From an uncultured Clostridia bacterium (lineage in GTDB: Bacteria; Bacillota; Clostridia; Christensenellales; Borkfalkiaceae), in the NCBI GenBank assembly GCA_947053545.1, contig CAMRSY010000004.1, forward strand, positions 9,006 to 73,005: a stretch of DNA of 64,000 nucleotides. The letters are read 5' to 3'. Both the position numbers and the translations under genes were made by a program. Of this stretch, positions 17,729 through 29,500 are shown piece after piece (position 1 is the stretch's first letter; every line of letters begins with the position of its first letter). The notes below the pieces were generated by a model that searched no databases, was not told the origin of the DNA, and was given only the letters and a program-made list of their open reading frames with translations.

Positions 17729-19805
17729 TTATCTAAAAAAAATTGTATCCGTTATCGCCTGTACCGTTTTATCGGCGCTGTTTATCCTTTTAATGTTTTT
17801 CTGTTCGCCGAAAATTGCCGCCGTTCCCGAAACCACGGGAGAAATTATTACCAACGTATACCCGGATAGCGGCGGTTCGGAAGAACGCACTTTCAACATA
17901 GGCACTAATTTAACGGCTGTACGCATAAACGGATTAGGGAATTTGGGAAAAATTACCAAAGTTAACTACGTTCCCGACAAATTTATTACCCCTAACAATT
18001 TATGCGACGGTATCCAGATTGTCGATTTAACCAAACCGTTTAATTTTGCCGAAAAGGGTAGCCTTATATTCGTTATAATGAACCTTGACCCTTGGGCTGA
18101 AGACTATTCGGATCAACTTAAAGCACTTTCAAAGTATAAACTTGGCGACAGCTGGCACTTCACCCTATCCCTGCCGAAAGTTTTTTGCGCCTCAAACGTA
18201 TATCAGAAAAATAATCTTATATCCCGACACGGCGAAATAGAAAATTATAGTTTTATAGATTATACCGACTCCTATAATATACACACGGAAAAACTGTCGC
18301 ATAAAACCGACAGAACGGTTATCGACCTTAAATTCAGCACCAGCCGCGAACTGATGTCTCACACCTTGATAGCGGCGCAGATTGTTACTGTGCACTATCA
18401 GTCTACGGGCGGCACGTATTCGGGAATTACTGAAGCTCCACTTATAGGTACTGATAACGCCGTAAACGGTACAACCGAAAACTCGCAAAACCTTTTAATT
18501 GCGTTTGCCATACTCTCCGCCGTCGCGCTTGCCGTATTAGTTGTTTTATCGGTTTTAGAGCGTTCAAAAGAGTTTGTTTCAGCTATAATCTGGGTGTTCG
18601 GCATTTTTATTATGTTGCTGTCCCGCTTCTTTTTAAGCGCCGAAACCCTCGTACCCATAATTTGGACGGCGTTATGGCTTGCCTCTTCGTTTGTAATTCT
18701 CTGCGGCGCTCTTATTTCTACGGGCAGAAATTTTGGTAAAATCCCCGCTAAATACATTTCCGTTTCACTTGCGGCGGCGGGCGCGGTACTCGCATTTATC
18801 CTTCCGTTCGTAACGGTCGGGGCAGCTGTCGTTCTTGCGACCGTCTGTACCGTCTTAAAAGCCCTATCCGTAATTGCGCTTTTGCTGTTTGTAGGCTTTA
18901 GTACTTTCAGTAAAGACGCCGGCGGCAATTTTTTACGCGCAATATGTTCTACGCTTATCGGCGTCGCAATAACCGCTTCGCTGTTCCTGCCGCAGGTATT
19001 TCCCACGCGATACAACCCTATGTTCTGGATGTGTGTGGCAACAACTACCGTAACATTTATAAGCGTATTTATAGTTTTTATGGAAATGAAAAAGTCCAAC
19101 GTCTACCTCACCGACAATCTGCATTTGGAAGTAGAGCGGCAGCTAAAGGACATTAAGGCGATTATTTGCCAGCGCGACAAGCTTTTGCAATTTGTTTCCC
19201 ACGATATGAGAAAGCCGCTCAACTCCTCAGTATCCCTTTTGGAAACGGCTATTGACAGAGAAAAAGACGGCGAGCAGATAAAGACTTTGCAGATAATAAA
19301 GCAAAACGATTTGCGCGTGGTAAACAACCTTTCGGAAATTGCCGCCTACGCCAAGCTCAACTATATTTCCGAGCCGTCGCAGGTTACTGATTTACACGAA
19401 CTGTGCACGTCCATCTGCCTATTCCATTCGTTTGACTGCAACGCCAACGGCATTGTTCTTAAAAATTTCGTCGACAAGAAATATAAGGTGTTTGCAAAAG
19501 CAACAGGGTTGGAAAGCGCCGTGTCGAATATTATAATGAACGCCGTGGAACACGCTAACTGCTCTACCGTTACACTATCGGTTAAGACAATTAAAAACAA
19601 AATAGTGCTGTGCATTGCCGACGACGGCAAAGGCATTTCCGCAGATATGGACGTTTTCAATCCGTACGTTTCCGAGAACAAGCCCGAAACAGGCGGCGTT
19701 GGACTTTATATATGCAAGAATATTATCGAGAGCATGAACGGCGGACTAACCTATGATAGCAACCGTGGCGGCACAGTCTTCTATATTTCGCTTTTAAAAG
19801 CGTAA
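17721..19805 (+). CDS. sensor histidine kinase, multi-TM
   Basis: H-box FVSHDMRKPL and HATPase G-box GGVGLYICKNI. About 8 hydrophobic helices in the centre. Start at MNNYLKK overlaps the response-regulator stop by 8 nt. Confidence 0.85.
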   Translation: MNNYLKKIVSVIACTVLSALFILLMFFCSPKIAAVPETTGEIITNVYPDSGGSEERTFNIGTNLTAVRINGLGNLGKITKVNYVPDKFITPNNLCDGIQIVDLTKPFNFAEKGSLIFVIMNLDPWAEDYSDQLKALSKYKLGDSWHFTLSLPKVFCASNVYQKNNLISRHGEIENYSFIDYTDSYNIHTEKLSHKTDRTVIDLKFSTSRELMSHTLIAAQIVTVHYQSTGGTYSGITEAPLIGTDNAVNGTTENSQNLLIAFAILSAVALAVLVVLSVLERSKEFVSAIIWVFGIFIMLLSRFFLSAETLVPIIWTALWLASSFVILCGALISTGRNFGKIPAKYISVSLAAAGAVLAFILPFVTVGAAVVLATVCTVLKALSVIALLLFVGFSTFSKDAGGNFLRAICSTLIGVAITASLFLPQVFPTRYNPMFWMCVATTTVTFISVFIVFMEMKKSNVYLTDNLHLEVERQLKDIKAIICQRDKLLQFVSHDMRKPLNSSVSLLETAIDREKDGEQIKTLQIIKQNDLRVVNNLSEIAAYAKLNYISEPSQVTDLHELCTSICLFHSFDCNANGIVLKNFVDKKYKVFAKATGLESAVSNIIMNAVEHANCSTVTLSVKTIKNKIVLCIADDGKGISADMDVFNPYVSENKPETGGVGLYICKNIIESMNGGLTYDSNRGGTVFYISLLKA

Positions 19806-19873
19806 AATTTTTAACGGTACGGTCTATTAGCCAAAACAGTCCCCTGCCGTTATCTAAGTTTCATTGTAAATAA

Positions 19874-19910
19874 TAAAAATAACGGCGGTAATTAACCGCC
19901 GTTATTTTTA
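19874..19910. terminator. Bidirectional terminator between the convergent kinase and rubredoxin genes
   Basis: AAAAATAACGGCGG-taattaa-CCGCCGTTATTTTT. Confidence 0.75.
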
Positions 19911-19914
19911 TTGG

Positions 19915-20073
19915 TTATTCAGACATTATAAACTTATCTTTCCCGACAAAGCATAACGGACACAAAAAATCGTCCGGAACATTGCTCCATACTGTTTCAG
20001 GCGCTATTCCGCCCTCAGGATAACCTTGTTCCTCGTCATATTCCCAGCCGCAAACCTCGCAAATATATTTCAT
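19915..20073 (-). CDS. rubredoxin (52 aa; absent from the ORF track because <60 aa)
   Basis: Hand translation: MKYICEVCGWEYDEEQGYPEGGIAPETVWSNVPDDFLCPLCFVGKDKFIMSE*, with CxxCG and CPxC motifs. AAAGGAG RBS inside the 3' end of the rhodanese gene. Confidence 0.85.
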   Translation of the reverse strand: MKYICEVCGWEYDEEQGYPEGGIAPETVWSNVPDDFLCPLCFVGKDKFIMSE

Positions 20074-20075
20074 TT

Positions 20076-20378
20076 TCAACTCCTTTTTATACTCTCTAAA
20101 TTGATTATTCCGCCTATATCGGTTATGTTTAAATATCCCATACCGCTCAACGCCCGCGCCGCTTTTGCACTCCTAATTCCGCTATGACAATATACGTATA
20201 TAGGCGTAGTATTTTTGGTAACTTTCACTTTTACGTCTTCAATAGACTGAATAGGAATATTTACGCTACCCTCTATGTGATTTCGATTATATTCTTCCTT
20301 TGTTCTTACATCTAAAAGTACAGCGTTTTTATTTTGCCTGAATGCTTGCACGCCGTCAGTGATACTTATTTTGTCCAT
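20076..20378 (-). CDS. rhodanese-domain sulfurtransferase
   Basis: Active-site loop YCHSGIRS. Single-domain size (100 aa). Confidence 0.8.
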   Translation of the reverse strand: MDKISITDGVQAFRQNKNAVLLDVRTKEEYNRNHIEGSVNIPIQSIEDVKVKVTKNTTPIYVYCHSGIRSAKAARALSGMGYLNITDIGGIINLESIKRS

Positions 20379-20513
20379 ATAATAATTTTATACAAAATAT
20401 TAAGGTTAATGTATGCGCCTTAATTAAGTTTAATTTTGAATGTACTTGCAATAACAATTATTAATCTTTAATTGTTTAAAATTGCCTAATTAATTATCCA
20501 AATGCCAGCAAAA

Positions 20514-20948
20514 TCAATAAACATTGATATTGCACGATTTCATAACTTTTAATGCTGCAACGTGTCCTTCAGGATACGAAGCGCAGCAGCTGCTATCTAC
20601 CCGGATATCTGTGTAAGGTAAAAATGCCATTGTACCCAAAACGTTGGCAATAACGCAGATATCGGTACAAATTCCCACAAATTCGATTATCTCGGGTTGC
20701 AACCGCTGCAAATGCAAAATAAGTTCTTTACTGGCATAGGACCGCTTTTTGAATATCTGTGAGCCAAAGCATAACTTTGAAATTGATTCCTCTATTTTTC
20801 CACCCGACTTGTCTTCCGTAAGAATTATTTCGTAATCTTCCGACATTCTTGTTTCAATTTTTTTTATCACATTGTTTATTACGTCTTCCGTGCAGCATTT
20901 TTTTATATATTCTACTTGCATATCTATAACCACAAGAATTTTACTCAT
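20514..20948 (-). CDS. isochorismatase-family cysteine hydrolase
   Basis: D-K-C triad context: ILVVIDMQ, FKKRSY, GICTDICV. Confidence 0.75.
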   Translation of the reverse strand: MSKILVVIDMQVEYIKKCCTEDVINNVIKKIETRMSEDYEIILTEDKSGGKIEESISKLCFGSQIFKKRSYASKELILHLQRLQPEIIEFVGICTDICVIANVLGTMAFLPYTDIRVDSSCCASYPEGHVAALKVMKSCNINVY

Positions 20949-21015
20949 ATAATCTATTGTTGGCTTTATATCTAAGCTTAATGTATAAATAATTAATATG
21001 CGGTTAATTTCCGCA

Positions 21016-21062
21016 ACAAAAAAAGCCCTGCGGCGGAAATTCCGCCGCAGGACTTTTTTTGT
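21016..21062. terminator. Strong hairpin terminator closing the adhesin/anchor operon
   Basis: AAAAAAAG-CCTGCGGCGGAAATTCCGCCGCAGG-ACTTTTTTT. Confidence 0.75.
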
Positions 21063-21071
21063 ATCTACATA

Positions 21072-23516
21072 TTAAGATCTGCGCCTGTTGACGACAATAA
21101 CTACGGTTAGCGCTATTATTATAAGCACCGAAATTACGCTGATAACTATAATGGCAACAATATAAGGCATACTGTTATTTGTTTCCGAAACCGCACGGCT
21201 TATGTTTATCGTGTAACCGCTTACCGTTCCGTCTTCCGCAGTAACCTTAATAAAGTAGGGATTGTTACCGCCCGAAAGGCTTACCTTTTCCGATAAGCTT
21301 AGTTCATTCATCTGGCTATCGTACAACGTAACGGTTGCTCCCTCTATAGCTGCCGCGTATATCATAACCGAATCTACGTCGGCGGTAACCTCATATCCGT
21401 AGATATTGGTATTGTCGGAAACGTCCAAATCGTTTTCGTCACATTTCAAAGACGTAAGCATTTGCGAACCCAGCGGACGTAAAACGCACAATACATACGT
21501 ACCCTCGTCGCCGTTAGTGGCTTTCACACTTATTAAAATAGGATTTATGCCGCCTGACAACTTAACCGTACGCTTGCCTGCCGCAGGCGTTCCCTTATCG
21601 TTTATTATCGATATTACCGTCGCACTTGCATTGGGGTCGGTAGTCGTGGGCACGATATTAAGATTTTCAACATCTTTTGTAACCTCGACAAAGAAATAAT
21701 TCAAACCCGTTGATAAATCTACGGCGATTCCGTCGTACGTGAGCTTAGAAAGGGTTTTTACGTTCGATTCGTAAATTATATCGTAGGTAATCGTTTTTTC
21801 AACGATGTTGTTCTTGATAAAGCGAATAATATGCTTTGTCTTTTCAGCCCTGTTAATTTCGATATCGTAGTTAGTACCTTCAACCCTGTATTCGTCGCTG
21901 ACGAACGGATCGGCTTTTATTTTAAAGTGCGTTATCTCCAAGGTGAAAGGAATTGAAACAGTAAAATAATCGGCAACCGACGTTTCGGATATTACGAGTT
22001 GATGTTCTGAAACAACGGTATTACCGTCCTTTTTTAAACCTACTGCGGAAACGTTTGACAGCGCAAGTCCGCTGGTATCTTTCGCTATAACCACAACTAT
22101 AGTATAAATGTTTTCAACGCCGCTTTGAGACGTAACCTTAATTACTATACTGCCGGGAACGCTGTATTCACCCAAGCCGCTTACGCCGGAAAATTGCCCT
22201 GCAGCTTGCGCCTCTACTTTTACCTTTGTTGTTCCCTGCGGTACCGTAGCCGAATAAGTTGTTCTGTCCGGCGAAAACGATTCTGCAAAATTTACCGTTT
22301 CGTCACCGTCGGCTTTTACTATCTTCAAGGACAAAGACGACAACGTTGAATCCTCTTCTGCAGCTATTACCGAAAAAGTTATATTATATTCGGTAAAAGC
22401 AGATTTATCTTCCGAATAAACCTTTACCGTAACCGTATGCGCGCCCGCCGAAACAGTTCCCAAATTGCATCCCGACGTAGCCTCGATTACGGTGTTTCCC
22501 AGTTTGTTTCCGTCAAACATAATGTCTGCCGTCGTAAAATTACCGTTTTTAGTAAATTCGATTCTCAGGCGGTCTTTATCGGCGTAGGCAATTTGTCCCG
22601 CGTCGAACGTGCCGCCGTTAACAAGCGCGGTAGCGTTTATTTCGGGCGTTACGCTAACGGGCGTGCCGTTGTTTTTAAACGATAACGCCGATAGCGTGCG
22701 TATCTGCTCCGCCGCCTTTCTTGTTATATTTAACGTATAAGCCTGGGAAGACGACCCGTCCTCGGCGGTAACCGTAATAGTAACGGCATTTGCTCCTACG
22801 TCAAGGTTTGTTTTGCTAACCGTATATTTTGCGCCCGTGCTCACCTTAACTTTCAAATCGTTTAATGCTTTATAAGCGTACGGAACTTCGCACGTGTAAC
22901 TGAACCCCGAAGGCGTAAGTAGCGTTTTATTAACGCTCAATTCGGTAATTTTACATTCGTTAGAAGGAGATACAAAATTAATTGCAAGGTTTTCGCCCGT
23001 TATTACAGGATTGGCATCTTCGCCCATAGAGTCTAACAATTCTATTTCGCTTGCGCTAATCTGCGAAGACGTACCTGCCGTTAATGACGCTCCTTCCTTG
23101 ATTTTCAATGTTATCGAAGCTATCTTCCACTGCGTTTTCGACATCTCTTTGCCGTTATCGTCGCCCATCATAGTTATGTAGCCGGCATCTGTAGTCGAAT
23201 TGTTTCTGTCGTATTCGGAATTTTCGATATCGGTCGACTTATTGAAACTGACAAAGGCAAATACTTTTGTGTCGAAACTAAGTTTTACCTGAGCGCCCAG
23301 CATTGTTGTGCCCGTATTGTTTTTAACCGTTGCCGACACGGTGAACTGTTCGCCTGCCGCGTTTGTTTTAATTTCCGATAATGTAGAAGAAATTACTATT
23401 TCCGAACCGCCTGCCGCGTGTGCGTTTTTAACGGGCAGCTGTATGGCTAAAGCCGCACAGGCCGAAAACAAAATTAATAACATTACCAAAAATATTTTAT
23501 ATACTGTCTTTTTCAT
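21072..23516 (-). CDS. membrane-anchored scaffold: signal peptide, cohesin-like N-terminal module, about six cadherin-like beta-sandwich domains, C-terminal TM + RRRS
   Basis: N-terminal module (EIVISSTLSEI...FTVSATVKNNTGTTMLGAQVKLSFDTKVFAFVSF...ITLKIKEG) fits the cohesin pattern. Repeats end in YTLNITR, YNITFSV, YTIVVVI, YVLCVLR and YTINISR. TM span YIVAIIVISVISVLIIIALTVVIVV. Confidence 0.7.
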   Translation of the reverse strand: MKKTVYKIFLVMLLILFSACAALAIQLPVKNAHAAGGSEIVISSTLSEIKTNAAGEQFTVSATVKNNTGTTMLGAQVKLSFDTKVFAFVSFNKSTDIENSEYDRNNSTTDAGYITMMGDDNGKEMSKTQWKIASITLKIKEGASLTAGTSSQISASEIELLDSMGEDANPVITGENLAINFVSPSNECKITELSVNKTLLTPSGFSYTCEVPYAYKALNDLKVKVSTGAKYTVSKTNLDVGANAVTITVTAEDGSSSQAYTLNITRKAAEQIRTLSALSFKNNGTPVSVTPEINATALVNGGTFDAGQIAYADKDRLRIEFTKNGNFTTADIMFDGNKLGNTVIEATSGCNLGTVSAGAHTVTVKVYSEDKSAFTEYNITFSVIAAEEDSTLSSLSLKIVKADGDETVNFAESFSPDRTTYSATVPQGTTKVKVEAQAAGQFSGVSGLGEYSVPGSIVIKVTSQSGVENIYTIVVVIAKDTSGLALSNVSAVGLKKDGNTVVSEHQLVISETSVADYFTVSIPFTLEITHFKIKADPFVSDEYRVEGTNYDIEINRAEKTKHIIRFIKNNIVEKTITYDIIYESNVKTLSKLTYDGIAVDLSTGLNYFFVEVTKDVENLNIVPTTTDPNASATVISIINDKGTPAAGKRTVKLSGGINPILISVKATNGDEGTYVLCVLRPLGSQMLTSLKCDENDLDVSDNTNIYGYEVTADVDSVMIYAAAIEGATVTLYDSQMNELSLSEKVSLSGGNNPYFIKVTAEDGTVSGYTINISRAVSETNNSMPYIVAIIVISVISVLIIIALTVVIVVNRRRS

Positions 23517-26500
23517 AAGTCTTTATTCTCCTTCACGCTTAATCCCTCGTACAAATTTTTGGTTCCGAGGAAATAAGCGTTAAGCTGTGCCTTATCCGCC
23601 GCGCTTATTTTGCCGTCGCCGTTTAAGTCGCAGGCAAGTTTATTTACTGCGTCAAGCGTCTTTGTTCCTAAGAAATAAGCGTTTAATTGCGCCTTGTCAG
23701 CAGCGCTCAACTTACCGTCGCCGTTTACGTCGCCTTTAACTACAAGCGTTAACTGGTCGGTCGCAGTGCCGTTGTTGTACGCCTTAATAATTATTCCTGT
23801 AGCAACTTTCGTGTTCTCGATATCGGTTATTTCGGTTTCGCCGTCAGCGGTAAAAACCTTCACGTCGGTATTTTTAAACTGCGAAAGAATATCAGCAACT
23901 GTATCGTTAAGGGCCAGATTAATTAAGAAAGCGGGCTGCTCTATAGAATGGGTTTCCGCCTCAACGCCGTTTTCGTCAACTATTTTAAAAGTAGTATTAC
24001 TTTCTATAAGCGTAAAAATGTCGTCTGAGGAATTGCCCGACAGAGTAAGAATAGAATTTATGTCGCTCAGCTTCGCAACGTGTTCCGCAATTTCTTCTTT
24101 GGTGGCGTTTGCGTTATTTCTTACTGCTTCGGCAGCCGCAATAGCGTCAAGTAACGCCTGATAAGATATTTCGGTCCACTTTCCGTCTTCATTAGTGTTT
24201 GCAGATACAAAAGCGTTTGCAGCGTTTATTTTGTCAACAAGTTCGGTAAGCTCTATTATGCCGAACATTGCCTCTGTCAAATCGGTTTTAACCTTTTCAA
24301 ACTGCTCTCTGTCAGTGTTTCCCGAGGTCACGAATTCTTCTGCCGCAGTAATTTTTAACTTTAACAAATCAAGCGTAGATTCGGTAAATACTCTTTCACC
24401 TTCATCCGACTGTCTTACTAACTCTTTAGCCTCTTTAATAACGTCGTCAAGCGAAGCCGTATCCAGCCTTAACGCAATGCAAGCTTTTTCCAGAGCCTCT
24501 ACGGCGTCTTCAACCTGCTTGTTAGTGGAGTTTGCGCTTTCGTATACGGAGGTTGCCGCCTTTATGGAGTTTTGCAGAGCGGTAAACGTTTCTTCCGAAT
24601 ATTTGCCGTCGTCGTTATTATATGTTTTGGCCTCGGCGATTTTGTCTTTCAGCGCGCCTATGTCCACCATACCGCTGATGGCGTTGAAAAGTGTTGCGCA
24701 CACCATAGTATACGCCTCGTCGGTATCCTCTTCCGTGTCTTCGCCTGCGTCCGGATTAAAATCGTTAGCTTCCTGCAATGCCGAAATGAGATTTTCCAAC
24801 GACCTCTCGGTAAAATATCTCTTACCTTCTTCGCCTTCTTCCTTGCCGGCGGCAGCCAATATTTCGGTTGCCTGCTTAATAAGTCCGTCAAGCGCCTGCG
24901 TATCAAATTTCAACGCTTCGCGCGCGGCGACAAGATTTTGATATTCAACTACGTATTCGCTGATAACGTTGTTCGTACCTTCGCAATAAGCCTTACTCTG
25001 CGCAATCTGCGACTCTAACGCGGCGTACGTTGCGGCGACGTAATAGCTCTTGTTAAGCGCTTCGCACTCGGCTATAAGTTCAAGAAGAAGGCTCTTATGA
25101 AGCACAAGGTTTTCATAAGCGTTAACCAAGGCGTTATACGCGTTATCCACGTCTTCAGTCGTATAATCGTCGGGTTTTTCTATTATAAGTTTAGCCGCCG
25201 ATATTTGATTTTGCAAATTCAGATAAGATTCAACCGTATAATACTCGTAGGTATACATTTCCACGCCGATATACTCGGGATCGGGTTCGATAACGTTTCC
25301 TTCCTCGTCCTCGGCCGGTTTAATATGATGCCTGTTAAGTATTTCGGAAATTTCCGTAATATAATCCTGCAGCTTATTCGTATCGGGCTCTAACGCGGCC
25401 TCGGCAGCAAGAATAGCTTCTACGTTATCTATAGCGATATAATAACTGAACTCTTCCTTTTCACCGTTTTCATCGACGACGCCGCCGTTTAAAGCGTTTT
25501 CGGCGTTAGCTATCGCTTCTTCCAAAAGCGCAAGCCCGTCTTCCGCATACGAACCGCTTAAAAGCAGTTTCTTCTCTTCAATAAACGCCCTATAGTTTTC
25601 GATATCGGGCGCAATATTTTCAATTGCGGTTTCAAGGCTTTCCAGCACCTGCTTATATTCTTCAATTACCTCAAACTTGGTGGCATAGTCAACAACGCTC
25701 AACCTGCCGCTTGCCAACAGTTGTTTAGCCGTTGCAAGGGCGTCGGTAACAGCCTGATACGTTTCTGCCGTTATATACTGCGAATTTAAACTTTCCGCCA
25801 AATAGATAGCCATATCAAGTTTATCGGTTATAATTACCAAGCCGTCCATAGCGTTTTTAATTATGCTTATAAAGTCGTCAACGTCTTCTTCGCAGATTTT
25901 GTCGTTTATAAGCCCTTCAACCATATCAGTCTGCGTTACCAAAGCAAGATATGTTAATTCGGAATAATACTCTCTGTTAACTTCCTGCGCTCTTGCAATT
26001 TCGATAATCTCGAGAATAAGCGTAGGGTCGATAACGATATTATCTATTGCAAATACCAAATCGTCGAGTACCTGCTGCACCTCGTCCAAGGTAGGGCGGA
26101 TTTTTCTTTCAGGGTCTTCAATTATTTCGTAAGTTTTAACCGCGATATCATAGGGCACTTTCAGCAAATCACGCGATGCCTGCGTAAATACTTCAGGGCG
26201 GGCAAAAATCTTTTCCGCCTTCACTATTCTGTCGTGCAGTTCGGACGAATCAATTTTCAAATCGAAAATGGCTTTTTCCAAATTTTCGGACGCCGTTTTA
26301 ACGTCCTGCACGGATACCGACGGGTCGTTTACAACGTCTACCGCAGCGCTTAAAGCAGTTTGCAAATTGTTCCAGGTTCCGCTTTCATACACAACAAATA
26401 CTTTAAGCTCGCCCTTCTCGTCCAAAATCCAGTTGCCGTCGTTATCCTGCCTGTGTTTCGTGTTAGTCCATACGCTAACTTCTTTTACCCTTTCGGCAAG

Positions 26501-29500
26501 CGCGGTTTTATCGGCTTTCATATTCGCAAACGCCGTTTCGAAATCTTTTATTGCCTTTAATACATCGTCGTTAGAAGGATTATCGCCGCTCGCGTCCAGC
26601 ATTGCCTGGGCAGATGCGCCCAAAGCTTTAACCGCCGCAACGCTTTCCGCCGCGTAGCCGAGTTTGCCTATATAGTCTTCCCTGCTTTCGTCCGTTACAA
26701 TCGATATGTATTCGGTAAGAATTGAAACGTCAACTTTAATGCCTTCAATGGCCGCTACAAGTTCGTTTGTCGCAGTTTTAACTTTTGCAATGTATTCCTT
26801 ATTGTTTTTATCCTCTTCAGTAAACGACGAACACTCATCAACACAATCCGCCGCCGAGTTGCGCGCGTCGGTAAGGGTTGTCAATGTGTCGGCAAGATAA
26901 TACTTTTTATTCTGATTCTCTTCTGCAAGAATTAAATCGGCTTCCTTAATTTTGTCTTTTAAGAAATCGAGATTGACTTTCAGATTGAGTATGGCCGCAT
27001 TCAGCGCTATAGCCGCTTTGTTCACATCGTCTACAGTTGCTTCCGCATTGTCGTACACGTCTATTGCCGTATTCAACGCGTCAATAAGCTCGGCAAGGCT
27101 TTCGTCATCGTAAATGCTTTGGCTCGACTCTTCCCTTGCGATATCTATCAGATTTTTAAGATATTCCTTATTAATTTCCAAACCGTCGATAGCCGCCTGC
27201 AAATCTGCCAGCACCTTATCAACGTTTGCCGAATACGCAATAAACTGGTTGGGCTTTGCAGGGTCGCGCAGAAGCTCTTCGTTGGCAACCGTCATTGCCG
27301 CTTCAAACGTTGCCCAGCTGCTTAACGTATATTGCTCTTTCTTCTTTGTTCCGGCAATATTATATGCGTCGCTCAACGCGGTTTTATCTATCGTAAGGTT
27401 ATTTAACGCAACGCTTAAATCGTACGCGCACTGAGTTACCATCGTTCCGCTGGCTTGCTCGTTTTCGTATGTTTCAACTGCAGCGTTAAACGCATTGTTA
27501 AACGAAACCGTCGATTCGAATTTGCTATCGTCAAGCTTATTCGTCGGGTCTAAAACAACTTTACCGTCCGCAAAGGTAACTGATCCGCCCAAAGATTCGT
27601 AAGCTTCCTTTATTTTCGATTCGAGGTTGCTCTTATCTATTTTCAGTTCGCTTAACGCTTTGTTTATCGCTGCGGTCGCATCGCATACCTGTTTTGCCGT
27701 AGCATTAACGTCGTTATTAACAGCTACGCCTTCCGCCCTAACCGCTTTAAGGTTGTCGATATCTTCCTTCGTATAATCTTTTTCGGCACCTAATATAATG
27801 TTGTTTGCTTTGGTGATAGCATCGTTCAGCTTGGCCTTATTGACAACAAGATTTTTATTTGCCATTTCAAGCGTGGAAAGCGCCAGTTGAGCGTCTATAT
27901 TTTTATATTTGTTCGAATCTTCCTCAAGTACTGTACGCGCAAGTTCCAGCGCGCTGTCCATTGTTACGAAATTTACAAACCATTCTCTGTAAGGAACCTT
28001 ATTGTTTATTATATCGTCGTAAAGTTCCCTTAAAGCCGTCGTTTCGGGCCTCAGCCCCTCGATAGCCGCGTAAATTTCTTTTATGTACTGCTTTTTCTGA
28101 ACGTCGGTCATCGTAGCGGAATTTGCTTCGGCTTCCCTTACGATTCCCATCAATCTGCCGTAAGTTAATTCACTCCAGTCTTCCGCCTTATACGAAAGAG
28201 CCAAATCAATAGCTTCGTCAAGGTCGGAATTGTCTTCCGGAAGGCCGATAAGCGTAGGCAGACCGTTATTAGTATCCACATTGTGCTGCCATATACCGCC
28301 ACTGTTAATTTCCCATTCGGTTAAAATATTTACGCAGTCGGTCTTGAACAAATCAAGGCTTTCAATGTAATTATCCGCCTGAATACGCGCCTGATATTTG
28401 CTGTTTTTTACAAACGTTTCAACTCCGTCCAGCGCATAATTCCTAACGGCGTTAGTGCCGGCCGTGGGAAGATTAGCCGCCGTAGAGCCGCCTGTTGCTA
28501 TTTCCGCAGTCTGCAGATAGGTTGTTTTACCGCTTGTCGCCGAAATGCCGGTAGCTAAAGAAACACAATCAAGAATTTTATCGTATTTTGAAACGGTATA
28601 TCCCAGAATGCCTGCTGCGTGCGAGGTTGCATAAGTAGCGGAAGGTTTGCCGCTTACTGCCGAAAGCGTTCCGCTGAAATAACAGTTATAAATACCGTTG
28701 TACGCCTGATGGAAGACTCCCACGATACCGCCGGCAAGAGCCCACTGTGCGGAAGACGTATCGCTTACGTTTCCTATAGCGTAGCTGTTATAAATATGCG
28801 TTCTGTACTCGCCGACGCCTACCAGACCGCCCGCGCCGTATCCGCTTGCAAGCGTAGCCGTAACATTTGCCCTGGCGTAACTCATATATATTTCGCCGTC
28901 GCGGAACAGTCCCACAAGTCCGCCTACATACTTTCCGCCTTCAACGCGCGCCGTGGCAAAACTGCAGCTTATAGTACTGAATCCTCTGTCGGCATTGCCT
29001 ACAAGCCCGCCGATGTTTCCGCCCTGATTGGTAACACTGCCGCCCAGAACCGCGCAACTGGTAATAGAAAGATTGCCGTACGAATACCCTATCAATCCAC
29101 CTACGTTAGAATAAGACGTACCGGTTTGAGAAATGTTGGGTTTAATAACGTTTACGTTTTTAAAGTTTGCAAACTTAACGTAGCCGAACACGCCTACGTT
29201 TGAAGCATTTTTAGATAGGTTGGCGCCGGTTATCTTAAAGTTTCCGCCGTCGTAATTACCTGAAAAACTGTGTTTGAAATCGTAACCTGTTATACCTATG
29301 CCGTCTATATTTATATCGGCCGTCTGCTTAATATAAATTCCGTTATAGCAAACACCGTCATTTATATTTTGACTGAATTCGGCAAAATCTTCGGTGCTTG
29401 CCAAAGGAATGGGGTTATACCGCGATCCCAAATCGTAGGAAGGCGCACCAACCGCCTTCAAATAGGGGAAACCGTCGTTAACTCCGTCTTCTCTTGCCCA

